Assembly (NCBI GenBank): GCA_963713615.1
Contig: CAVQMM010000001.1
Coordinates: 808,667 to 872,666, forward strand
DNA length: 64,000 bases
Direction: 5' to 3'
From: an uncultured Chlamydiae bacterium
Lineage (GTDB): Bacteria; Chlamydiota; Chlamydiia; Chlamydiales; JAJFMA01
Shown: positions 18,385-28,300 of the stretch, one piece after another
Layout: each line of letters opens with the position of its first letter
Numbering within the stretch: the first letter of the stretch is position 1
Position numbers and translations under genes: made by a program
The notes under the pieces: model-generated
Told to the model about the DNA's origin: nothing
What the model saw: only the letters and a program-made list of their open reading frames with translations
Databases searched by the model: none

Positions 18385-19612
18385 TTGTAAGAGACAGTAG
18401 ATGTCCTAGTTTTTCTTTCTTAGCAGTAAGATACAAAAGATTGTCCTGATTGATCTCTGGGACTACCGGTACTCTATCAACGATTTGCAGATCATATCCA
18501 TCCAAGCCAACATACTTGGCGGGATTGTTTGTCATCAAGCGTATTTTGCCAACACCGAGATCTACAAGAATTTGCGCTCCGATGCCATACTCACGCGAGT
18601 CTACGGGTAGACCCAGCTGAATATTTGCTTGAACGGTATCGTGACCCTCATCCTGTAGATTGTAAGCGCGCATTTTATGTGCCAAGCCTATGCCACGACC
18701 TTCATGACCACGCAGGTAGACGATAATACCGTTCCCTTCTTTGCCTATGTGTTCCATGGAATGCTTAAGCTGCCAGCCGCAGTCACAACGCTGTGATCCA
18801 AATACATCACCGGTCAGACATTCCGAATGCACACGTACGAGAATGGGTTCATCGCGAGAGATATTCCCTTTAACCAATGCGACGTGCTCGATTCCATCTA
18901 AGATAGAAGCAAACACATAAGCTGTGAAGTCGCCAAATTCAGTGGGAATGCGTGCTGCTGAGACACGGCGAATCAACTTCTCGCTACGCCGGCGAAAGCG
19001 AACCAGCTCGGCAATGCTTAACAAAGGAATATTAAAGCGATCTGCGAACTCCCTCAGAGCATTCCCGCTGGCCATGGTGCCATCGTCGTGCATAATTTCT
19101 GAAACCACTGCAGCAGGGTACAATCCAGCTAAACGGCACAGGTCAATGGAGGCTTCTGTATGTCCAGCACGCTTCAAAACACCGCCTGCACAATAGCGTA
19201 GAGGAAAAATATGTCCGGGACGCGCGAAGTCACAAGGTTTACTGTTAGGATCTACGAGGGCCCTAATGGTAAGCGCACGGTCGTGAGCCGAAATCCCTGT
19301 AGTAATTCCGTGACGATAGTCCACCGAAACGGTAAAGGCTGTGCAGTGAGCTTCGGTATTCTGCTCGACCATCTGCTTGAGCTGCAATTCCTCAAGACGT
19401 TCACTAGTCATCGGAACTGTGAGCACTCCACCAGTATAACGAACCATAAATGCAATAGTTTCTGTAGTGGCCTTTTCTGCAGCAATAACAAGATCACCCT
19501 CGTTTTCACGATCTTCATCATCAGATACGAGAATGAGCCCACCAGCTTGCAGTGCCCTAATGGCGTTACCAACAGCTCCATCGATTGAATTCTCGAGCGC
19601 ATGAATACCCAT
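18374..19612 (-). CDS. ribBA: bifunctional 3,4-dihydroxy-2-butanone-4-phosphate synthase / GTP cyclohydrolase II
   Basis: RibB block LVSDDEDRENEGDLV plus RibA block RVHSECLTGDVFGSQRCDCG. GGAAGGAGAAGG RBS upstream of ATG at 19612 (MGIHALENS...); the track ORF begins 45 nt further upstream. Confidence 0.9.
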   Translation of the reverse strand: MGIHALENSIDGAVGNAIRALQAGGLILVSDDEDRENEGDLVIAAEKATTETIAFMVRYTGGVLTVPMTSERLEELQLKQMVEQNTEAHCTAFTVSVDYRHGITTGISAHDRALTIRALVDPNSKPCDFARPGHIFPLRYCAGGVLKRAGHTEASIDLCRLAGLYPAAVVSEIMHDDGTMASGNALREFADRFNIPLLSIAELVRFRRRSEKLIRRVSAARIPTEFGDFTAYVFASILDGIEHVALVKGNISRDEPILVRVHSECLTGDVFGSQRCDCGWQLKHSMEHIGKEGNGIIVYLRGHEGRGIGLAHKMRAYNLQDEGHDTVQANIQLGLPVDSREYGIGAQILVDLGVGKIRLMTNNPAKYVGLDGYDLQIVDRVPVVPEINQDNLLYLTAKKEKLGHLLSLTNGV

Positions 19613-19789
19613 AGCAAGCCTTCTCCTTCCTTGTCCAAATAGTGAGGTCACCATCATGCCCGATATGCCCCTTTTTTACCACACAGGAGAGAACAGGGTA
19701 CCAAGCATTAAAAGAAATCTTTCAGGTACTTCCCTTCCTCCTCGTGCCCGAGCCTGATGTAATTCTCCCTATTCCTTATTCTTCCCGTT

Positions 19790-19913
19790 TTAACCGACCT
19801 CGCAGTCATGGAATAACTGCGCCACATAGGAAGCTTTGTTGCTTTCGGATATTGGCGACACAGTCGGTTGGGACTCGCCACACTCTTGGAATGGGCCGAA
19901 GCCCCTCCACTTT
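19790..19913. repeat. partial family-D element plus GATATTGGCGACRCAGTCGGTTGGG module
   Basis: CGCAGTCATGGAATAACTGCGCCACATAGGAAGC followed by TTGCTTTCGGATATTGGCGACACAGTCGGTTGGG. The same module is seen at 63957-64000 and 61485-61530. Confidence 0.5.
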
Positions 19914-22900
19914 CTAGTCGACATCCGGCGCATCAAACATTTTCTGTATGTAACCTAGGATCTCGTCTCCATTGGTCAGACCATTATTGGCGAGAAAATC
20001 CTTAACCTGATCATACATATTTTGAACGTATGCAGCTTGAGCATTAACAGCGATGTATCGAATAGAGTCCTTAACAGTGTGAAACAAGACATAGTAAGCC
20101 GTCATAGGTGATAGATCATGCTCTTCCAACATCTGATTGGTCAAACCAAACTCGCCTTGAATTTTCTTAAGAACGTCAAAACGACATGAAGCCTGCGTTC
20201 CTTTCAAATAACCCATGTGCGTCACATCACTGTTGCGTAAACATCGAGGAAGGTCGTCATCTAAAATGGATCCTTCCTGGCTGATCGACACCTTGACGCC
20301 TGCTTGTTGCCTTTTTTTCTCCAGCAACTTCTTCCAAAGCGTCTCCATGCCAGGATTCTCATCCCAGTTTAGATCTACCATGTATTGATGATAGGCTGTC
20401 ACAAAGTTGTCAACACGATTGAAAGCTCTGGGATCATTAATCTGTTCAAAGGCAAGTTTAATCAGATATGGGAGCTCTTCCTCACTGAGGAAAGGCACTG
20501 AACCTTTGTCCCAAAAGTCTAAACCGTAGTTTATTGCAAGCTCCTGAAACCTCGGAAAGGGGACTTTCCAGGAGATAGAGGGCCATATGCAAGATAGGGA
20601 CTCCTTGGGTAAATTCAGTAGCTCTTGTAACCTGCTATCGAGAAAGTCTTCATCAAGAGCCGCTAAACCCACTAAATAAGGATCTAAATTTTCCAATTTT
20701 TTACCAGCTAGCGTTTCGCGCCATTTCAGACCCAATTTAATTTGCAAAAATGAGTCACTGAACTCTTCGCAAATTGAATTGCCATGAAATATTAGGAACC
20801 GGAGCAGTTCATAGGCGTCAGCATAAGATCTATTGTCTAGCGCTGGGTCATGTCGCCAGACTAATTGCAACTTTTCGGCGGTCGCCTCGGTGGGCCAGTG
20901 CAAGGGCAAACCTTCGATTCGATAGATTTCCCTATATATTCCTCTAATCTCAATCGGAGGAATGTAAGATAAAAGTTTGATAAAGTTTGCAGGATCTATG
21001 CGTTCCAATACTTTAAAAAATAGCCTGTAGCGGCTTTGAATATTGCGTTGCATGGCATCCAGTTCTTGCGGTGAAACAGGATTTTCAATCAAAATGATGG
21101 ATTTAAGTAAATCCGCAAATTGATTGCCAACTATTTGAAAAGTTTCTGGAGGCATATAACGTGCCATTGCTATTCCCAAATCGGGAGAACTTCCATTTAA
21201 CCATCTTTGAGCTAGCTTAATGGGGTCGATTAAAGTAGATTTGATAAAACATTTTATAAACCATTCAGCTTTGCTTTCATTAAAAAATCTTGCCTCTACA
21301 TAAATAGCAGCGAATAGATCAATATCAAAAAAGGTCTCGGCTAAAGTAGTTACTACGGCTGTATCACGAGAATTATAAAAACCTAGCGCTTCATCCATTG
21401 TAATCTGATCGATGCTGCGATTTCTAAGATTGCTAATAATTACATCAAGTGCCTGATCAGACTTCTTGTAGGTGATCATTGTCGATCCCTTGCAAGTGAT
21501 CATTGCCGATCCCATGTCTATCAACTGTTGATAATGACCTTGCCCTAACTCGCTCTTAAGCCTTAACAAGAGTTCCTTCCATTGATCATCGCTGCTTTCA
21601 GTACAAATGATGCGATACAGCTGACATGTTTGCCGAGGTTTAAGGGGGTCATGAGCAGAATGCTTTAAGTGTAGGTGCAAGCTGAGAGTCCAATCGGCAA
21701 AATTCGAGGGTGTGAGAACGTTCGCTAGTGCTTTGACCAGGTTCCGAATGGCTGGATCCTGGTTAGCAGAGTAATGCCTGCAGGCTTTTGCACATGGATC
21801 CGGTCCGAATTTTTTCACAATCTTCTGTATCAGACGCAGCATTGAGCCCTTATCATAAACTGATGATGCTGCTACAATAAGCACGGGCAAGAGGTGCTTG
21901 TCGCTAATTGCACCGTCGATGACTTTATCAACCCCATTTTGTCCAGGCCCTGACACGATAACCCTCATCTGTTCCACTAGCATCACCATCTGCCAATAGT
22001 CGGGTTTACAATGCTTCTCCCCTAGTTCTTTAAAAATAAAAAATGGTCTTTCAGCGGCATGCTTGCAGATACATTTCCATAGCGGTTTGGCAATCTCGGG
22101 ATTATGGCAATGGATTTTCTTTACAAGGTCATGGAGTGAGGAAATGGAAAAGTTACCCTTTGTTTTTTCGAATTCGATAACGTCTTTACAACGCTGAAAA
22201 CAACAAGGGAAGGCATCTAAACCGGGAGGGTAGCAGGAATTAAGGACTGTCGCACGCACCTCGTTTATTGGTAATAGCTCTTGCCACTGATCTTCGCTTG
22301 CCGAAAGACAGAAGGAAAGCTTTAGATTTGAACTAACATCGTTGAAAAGTTCTTTTAACGTGGGGCTGTCAAAATGAGGAACGACCTTTTCAAAAATTGA
22401 TCGTGCGTAATCTATGTCAGTCTGCTTTAAAGTGGCATTTGGATCCAAGTTAGGAATGTTATTATAGATAACAGTCGAATTATCCAGAATAAGATCCTTC
22501 TCGACCTTTTCGAGCATAGATCGTCCTATAGATAGTAACATCTTATTAGAGGTATGTTCGTTAACGACTGTATCTCTATCTGCTAAAACAAAACCTTCCA
22601 GACCGGAGGTACAGTCAAACATGGCACTGATTAGGTCCGAGTATGCATGTTCACTCAACGGCTCGGGTTGAACGATTCCTTGCAGAACCTGAACGTATTC
22701 ATGAACAGGAAGTAGTCCACCTAGGAAATCCACGCGACCGGTAGGTGATCCCCAATCAAAACCTTCCGATAGACGACAAATTTCTACACGCTGCTCATCG
22801 GTTAAAGCCAAATGTAAGAGTCGTCCAATTGTTCTTCTATCGAGCGAGGAATCCGCAATATAGTTACAAAGCAGCTCTAACGAATCGAAGGATCGGATAA

Positions 22901-23057
22901 AATTTAACGCTAGGGATCTTCCGGTTTCGTAGTCTTCGCGATGACCCAGTTCACCTCTCCACTTAGCCAGGTTCTGCGCAAAATTCGGTAGTTGATTTGG
23001 AATTACAGAAACCCGCGAACCTATATTGCTTAAGTTATTAAACTCTAAACTATTCAT
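19914..23057 (-). CDS. large hypothetical protein (1047 aa), candidate secreted effector
   Basis: Long uninterrupted ORF with no signal peptide or TM helices and no recognisable domain. Its last 100 codons are duplicated as a fragment at 24893-25210. AT-rich promoter-like region upstream at 23058-23200. Confidence 0.6.
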   Translation of the reverse strand: MNSLEFNNLSNIGSRVSVIPNQLPNFAQNLAKWRGELGHREDYETGRSLALNFIRSFDSLELLCNYIADSSLDRRTIGRLLHLALTDEQRVEICRLSEGFDWGSPTGRVDFLGGLLPVHEYVQVLQGIVQPEPLSEHAYSDLISAMFDCTSGLEGFVLADRDTVVNEHTSNKMLLSIGRSMLEKVEKDLILDNSTVIYNNIPNLDPNATLKQTDIDYARSIFEKVVPHFDSPTLKELFNDVSSNLKLSFCLSASEDQWQELLPINEVRATVLNSCYPPGLDAFPCCFQRCKDVIEFEKTKGNFSISSLHDLVKKIHCHNPEIAKPLWKCICKHAAERPFFIFKELGEKHCKPDYWQMVMLVEQMRVIVSGPGQNGVDKVIDGAISDKHLLPVLIVAASSVYDKGSMLRLIQKIVKKFGPDPCAKACRHYSANQDPAIRNLVKALANVLTPSNFADWTLSLHLHLKHSAHDPLKPRQTCQLYRIICTESSDDQWKELLLRLKSELGQGHYQQLIDMGSAMITCKGSTMITYKKSDQALDVIISNLRNRSIDQITMDEALGFYNSRDTAVVTTLAETFFDIDLFAAIYVEARFFNESKAEWFIKCFIKSTLIDPIKLAQRWLNGSSPDLGIAMARYMPPETFQIVGNQFADLLKSIILIENPVSPQELDAMQRNIQSRYRLFFKVLERIDPANFIKLLSYIPPIEIRGIYREIYRIEGLPLHWPTEATAEKLQLVWRHDPALDNRSYADAYELLRFLIFHGNSICEEFSDSFLQIKLGLKWRETLAGKKLENLDPYLVGLAALDEDFLDSRLQELLNLPKESLSCIWPSISWKVPFPRFQELAINYGLDFWDKGSVPFLSEEELPYLIKLAFEQINDPRAFNRVDNFVTAYHQYMVDLNWDENPGMETLWKKLLEKKRQQAGVKVSISQEGSILDDDLPRCLRNSDVTHMGYLKGTQASCRFDVLKKIQGEFGLTNQMLEEHDLSPMTAYYVLFHTVKDSIRYIAVNAQAAYVQNMYDQVKDFLANNGLTNGDEILGYIQKMFDAPDVD

Positions 23058-23214
23058 TTTTTTCTATTAATTAATTTTGACGATGTTTTTAGTACATAAT
23101 ATTCTTTCATGAAGTTTCATGCAAGAAAATAAGGGATCCAGACTAGGATTGCGAAGTTCTTTTACAACAAATTGATAGTACCTTGACAGTCTTTGAGCCA
23201 TGGCTATAGAACCC

Positions 23215-23345
23215 TTACAGTAGTATCTTGGCGCGCAGCGCTTAAGAGTTCCAAGAAGACTTTCTATGTGGCGCAGTCATGGAATGACTGCGCCACATAG
23301 GAAATTGCGCCAGCCAACCTTTTGGCGCTGCGCGCGTGTTATTCG
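23215..23345. repeat. composite palindrome (GGCGCGCAGCGC arms around a family-D core)
   Basis: TTGGCGCGCAGCGC...CTATGTGGCGCAGTCATGGAATGACTGCGCCACATAGG...GCGCTGCGCGCG, perfectly self-complementary over more than 100 bp. Confidence 0.55.
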
Positions 23346-23384
23346 ATGGTATGTGCATGATGGAACTTTTCTTTCAAATAATGT

Positions 23385-24620
23385 ATGATACGCACACTTA
23401 CATGGATGGAAAAAATGACACTTTCTCTATTAAAAGACATCTACCTACACGAGGGCTTGAAGGGCGATACGCCGCAGAGAATAGCTCTTCCATCCGACGA
23501 TCCTATTGCCGCCGAAGTGAGACGGTTTCCTCTTATCTGCATACCGGCTGTAGGTCCTTCAAAATGTGCGTTATTCAATACCAGTTTGTTTCGAAGCGTC
23601 GCTGCACTAGTGGTCAATAGCGTAAACTACCCCTTTTATGCTCGTAAGAGTATTGAAGATCTCGAACGCATCAGAATTCTGATTAATAAGGTAGCATCGT
23701 CCGAATGGGCCATCGAGCTAAAAGCCTTGGTTATTCATAATCTACTGGCCTTCATAGCTGCGTATCGCAGTGATGCCTATTTTCAGACGGTTGAAGGTAG
23801 AGCAGCACTCTTCACACTTCCTGTCTGGCAGGAAAAGGCGTTGATTTTGAAGGACTGTCATTGGGATCGTGATATTAACATCTTTGGTGGTGTGACAGCA
23901 CGAGTTTTTGTACCTTCCGACAAAACCGGCTCCCCAACATACCTTCTACATGGAACCCTTTGCTGGAACTGTGGCAATGGTGCGGGCATTACTATTATAG
24001 ATGATTTTAACCCCTTCGGTGTGGGCGAAACCATTAGACAGAATGCACGACAGCGACTACATCCCTATCTAGTCGAGCATAAAAAACTCCTGGGGGAAAA
24101 GGCGGTCATGATAGGGCAGAGTCTAGGCGGTATCTTGGTGACGGCATTGGCTATTGACCATCCCGACTTAATCAGCAAAGCCTTTGCCTTTGGTCCACCC
24201 AAGCCCTCATTAAATCTGAGAAGGCAGTGGGAACAGCTGGAGAATCCTCCGTCAATCACAACCTTTATCGGATGCTACGGAACCAAATTCGACCCAGTAC
24301 CATTGATAGGAGAGCTGTGGCTAGGACGTGTATTTGAGATGCGCCAGGGGGCAATAGGTGACGCGATAGTCCGTCATATACATCCAGTTGCTAATTCGCT
24401 AACTTTCGAAATTCATGAAATCCCTATTGGATCCCTCCCACGCACTACCACGCTCTGGTGGATAATACAGCGTATCGGTGCGACAATTATTTTTTGCCTA
24501 TTGCTGCCTATTCTGACCCTAAAGCGTCTGCTTTTTGGCTGGAATACAGGCGGACGTTGGAAGTATGGCCTATTCGGCATCCCCTTCCAATTCTGGAAGG
24601 GTCGAAGCCTCGGCCATTAA
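23385..24620 (+). CDS. alpha/beta-hydrolase (lipase/esterase-like, GxSxG) with C-terminal TM segment
   Basis: Nucleophile elbow MIGQSLGG; C-terminal hydrophobic helix IIFCLLLPILTL; 411 aa. Confidence 0.65.
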   Translation: MIRTLTWMEKMTLSLLKDIYLHEGLKGDTPQRIALPSDDPIAAEVRRFPLICIPAVGPSKCALFNTSLFRSVAALVVNSVNYPFYARKSIEDLERIRILINKVASSEWAIELKALVIHNLLAFIAAYRSDAYFQTVEGRAALFTLPVWQEKALILKDCHWDRDINIFGGVTARVFVPSDKTGSPTYLLHGTLCWNCGNGAGITIIDDFNPFGVGETIRQNARQRLHPYLVEHKKLLGEKAVMIGQSLGGILVTALAIDHPDLISKAFAFGPPKPSLNLRRQWEQLENPPSITTFIGCYGTKFDPVPLIGELWLGRVFEMRQGAIGDAIVRHIHPVANSLTFEIHEIPIGSLPRTTTLWWIIQRIGATIIFCLLLPILTLKRLLFGWNTGGRWKYGLFGIPFQFWKGRSLGH

Positions 24621-24639
24621 AACCCTCACAATCGTACCT

Positions 24640-24843
24640 CGGCGCGTAGCGCTTTGGAGTGCGCGTCGCTCGCGACCGCTTTGGATTTGGGCGAGCTAGG
24701 CATTACACGAAACGTAACCCTGCTCTCTAGGGGTAACTGTGTGTGGTGGTGGGCAGCCTCCAAAGAACGGCGCGCGATTCAATAGGCTCGCCCAAATCCA
24801 AAGCGGTCGCGAGCGACCGCACTCCAAAGCGCTACGCGCCGAG
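24640..24843. repeat. family-B palindromic element, full copy
   Basis: Same TIRs as 15308-15512. The central tract is GTGTGGTGGTGGG rather than poly-G. Confidence 0.8.
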
Positions 24844-24892
24844 GTGCGATTGTGAGGGCTTTATTAGCCATCTGACATCCCAAGAGGCTTCT

Positions 24893-25210
24893 GCAATTAC
24901 CTCATCTTCTAGTCGATATCCTGTGCAGCAAACATTTTCTTTATGTAGTCTAGGATTTCGTCTCCGTTGGTAAGATTGTTTTCGGCGAGAAAAGCCTTAA
25001 CCTGATCATAAATATTTTTTTGCGTATGCAGCTTCATCAGCTATGAATCGAATAGAGTCGTTAACAGTGTGAAACAAGACATAATAAGCCGTCATGGGTG
25101 TTAAGTCATGCTCTTCCAACATCTGATTAGTCAAACCAAACTCGCCTTGAATTTTCTTGAGGACCTCCAAACGACATGAAGCCTGCGAGCCTTTTAAATA
25201 ACCCATGTCC
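24893..25210 (-). pseudogene. duplicated 3' fragment of the 19914-23057 gene (C-terminal about 100 codons only)
   Basis: Translation MGYLKGSQASCRLEVLKKIQGEFGLTNQMLEEHDLTPMTAYYVLFHTVNDSIRFIADEAAY is about 85% identical to the C-terminus of the 1047-aa protein. The fragment is bounded by family-B repeat copies on both sides. Confidence 0.7.
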
Positions 25211-25211
25211 G

Positions 25212-25328
25212 CGGAGGCTGCCCCCCCAGTTACCCCTAGAGAGAAGGGTTACGTTTCTTGCAATGCCAACTTCGCCCAAATCCAAAGCGGTCGCGAGCGA
25301 CACGCACTCCAAAGCGCTATGCGCCGAG
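25212..25328. repeat. family-B element, half copy (centre to right TIR; C7/G7 tract)
   Basis: GGAGGCTGCCCCCCCAGTTACCCCTAGAGAGAAGGGTTACG...GCGCTATGCGCCGAG. Confidence 0.7.
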
Positions 25329-25365
25329 ATACGATTGTTCCATGAATGCGCCAATGGGACCTTCC

Positions 25366-28300
25366 CTACCTGGAAGTATTCAGCCGAAGAGCATCGAGAA
25401 GCTTCTTGGCGCCCTTCTTGACTTCTTTATGTAAGCCATTAAGAGGTTTTGTCTCAGCGACAGGTTTTGAACCTCCCTCTGGAGACGCTGGTTCCCAAGG
25501 CAATGGACCATTGGGTGGGGGCACTTTTTCATCATGCAAGCCACCACCTAGGAGATCCAAGACCCCTCCAACCATCGCGCCATGGGCAGACCCCTGACTT
25601 TGCGCGAGCAAAGCTGTGACTCTAGCTGTGGCTTTGGTCTTATCAATACTAGCATTATCGATAGTACCCGTAAGAGGGAGCTGGAGCATGTATTTATCAT
25701 CCACATTCATCAGAGAATAGGCATTGCGCAATGCTTGTGCTGTGATTCCTATGATCATGCGAACATGATCTTTGATCAGATCTATTCTTCCCCACAAGGC
25801 TACAGGATAGTGGTCAGCTATTAATGCATCCATACGGCTAAATTTGAGAATGCCATCAGCTAAAGAGAGGTTTAAAGGTGTAAACCAGACATTGAATGTT
25901 CCGTTATCCTGATCGCGATCGCCTTGCAAGATGCTGATGACTGCCCCTAATTGTCCATTATCCTCGATTTTGACCTTTCCCATTTCCAGGGTTGCTTGGC
26001 CAATGCGAGCATGATTTAGGTCATCCACAGGAAGGGAAAAGCCCACAGGATCTACCGTAAAGCGAATAGGTTTCTCAGTGGACTTCGTCGCTGCCATGTA
26101 AGGGGCAACGTCGCGTAATAGGCCATGTCTGAGCTCTGGGGTCACCTCCAACTCGAGGACAAGAGGCTGCCTTAGAGTAAGAATACGCTTCGCGATTTGT
26201 CCATCGACCTCAAACCTACCGCTATCGCCAACAAGCGATGCTTGCAGGTGTCCATCAGGACCCTTCAATTGAAATTGTACAGTACCACTAACGCGTTGAC
26301 CGATTAGCCCTGGTAAATGCTGACTGACAGCAGCCCGTTGCAGAGGATAACGCAAAAGATGGACTAGGCTGAGTTCCTTGCCAGTGATAGATAGATCCAC
26401 AGCTAGCATCGGGGACTCTAACCAAGGTTTCGTGGAATCAAGACGTGCTACGTGACCTGTCACATCCGCTTCGGCAGGAGCATACTTAGATTCACCAGCC
26501 TGCTCTCGAGCCTGAAGAGTGAAATCCATCCCCTTAGCAACGTTATCGGTCTCAAAGGTTAAGCCTAGGTTTTGCAAGGTTGCCTCGTCGTTGGACAAGG
26601 TATCGCGAATTCTCACCCCGTCCCATGTGATGCTGCCAGCTAGGGCTGGGGATAGGAATACACATTGATCATCAGAACCATCCACTAATCCGGCAATTGG
26701 GCGTAGCGGCAAAGTCACTGTGTTCAATGTTGCTAAAAGTGTAGCTGGTTCGACAACAGCCCAGGGAAGGTTCATGGGTGCTCCTGGGGTACCAAGGACT
26801 TCCTGTAGGGCTTGCCAACGATCTGGAGTAACTGTCCAGGATAGGGTCATGGGCTTGTCTGCCTGCAATGTCGCGCCTTGCGAATTGATGTTAAACTGCG
26901 ACTTAGCTTGAAACTGATCGGCGCTCATGGACAATGACAAAAGCCCTTCACTGGTATTATCAGTAGGACCATAGTGACCTTGCAATGACAGTTCTACTGT
27001 TGGACCGATGATCTCAGACCATCCCTTCCGTCCGGTCAAAGCACTGACTACTACGAGCGGGAAGTGCTGACCATTGACTTCTAACTTTGCTATGGAACCG
27101 CGCAGCAGTTCTTCCATTGAGCTTCCCCACTGAGCGAGATCTAGCGAAGCTTCCAAGAAGCCTTGCTCTTTGTTCATCTCCGACTTTGCTCTTAGGACAA
27201 GAGCCGCTAGCTGAGATGTACTGTCATAGCGCCAGGAAAAGACAACATCCCTCAATATTGCTAGGGGATTGGATTCCGCCTCCTGAACAACTTGTAGTTC
27301 TCCTACAGAGGCCTTACCGCGACAAAAGACCACTCGAGGGCCTGTTTCATTGAAGCGAACAGTAAAATCATCCACTCGTACTTCCACAGGATTACGTTGT
27401 AATAGATGTGGAACCTGAGGCTGCATCACTCCGAGAGCTAGTAGAGCTTCTGACTTAAGATTGTATCGCAAGGTTGCTGGAGATATCAGACTCAGAGACC
27501 CGTCGGATTGCGACTTTGCTAAGATGCGTGCGTCGATGAGCTCATTCTGTAAACTGAGGCGTAGTTCTGAAAAGGAGGGATCAGATAGAGAGGGGGTTGC
27601 TAGAATTCCTTCCAGCTCCACTGTTGATACGGAACCTAAGGCTGCTGTTAACACTGGGGTAACGCCATCAGGTGCGATATCAGTATGTAAGGCAAAGTGC
27701 AGATCGGAAAATTTTCCGCCATTGGCCCGTAGCTTTACATTAGAAAAGCGCGCACGTCCCTGTTGAGAGTCCGTCAACCCACCAATAACAAAGGGTGCTG
27801 TAGCGATTTCTGCGTCAATGATTGCTTTGTCACCTGTCTCCTGACGGCCTAGGGGCACTGTGAGCTGGTTGAGAGTCAGGAGCATACTAGTTCTTTCTTC
27901 CAATACAATTTTGCTATTGGTCCCCAACAAATAGCGAACAAGAGCTGGCGTAGCCTGCATATGTACCTGAGCAGGCTTCACCAACTGCAGACTATCGGCG
28001 AGTTTAAATTGAAGAGATGGAGCTGCAAAGCTGTCAGAGCCCATCTGCACATCCATCCTCCGCCCTTGAGAGTCTGTCACTATCTTGGCTTGAAGATCAA
28101 AATTTTCTCCAAGAGAGCCAACCAACAAGCCATCAGTTCGGAATAAATAGTCGAATGCCGCGGTTGGAATTTTGGTTGCTGCTACAACCAGATCACCAAG
28201 GAGTATGGTGTCAGTATGGTCTTGATCGATCAGCTTACCAGCAATTCGCAGGCTTCCATGTTGATCTAGATGCGTTATGGCAGCATTAAGCTGGTATACA

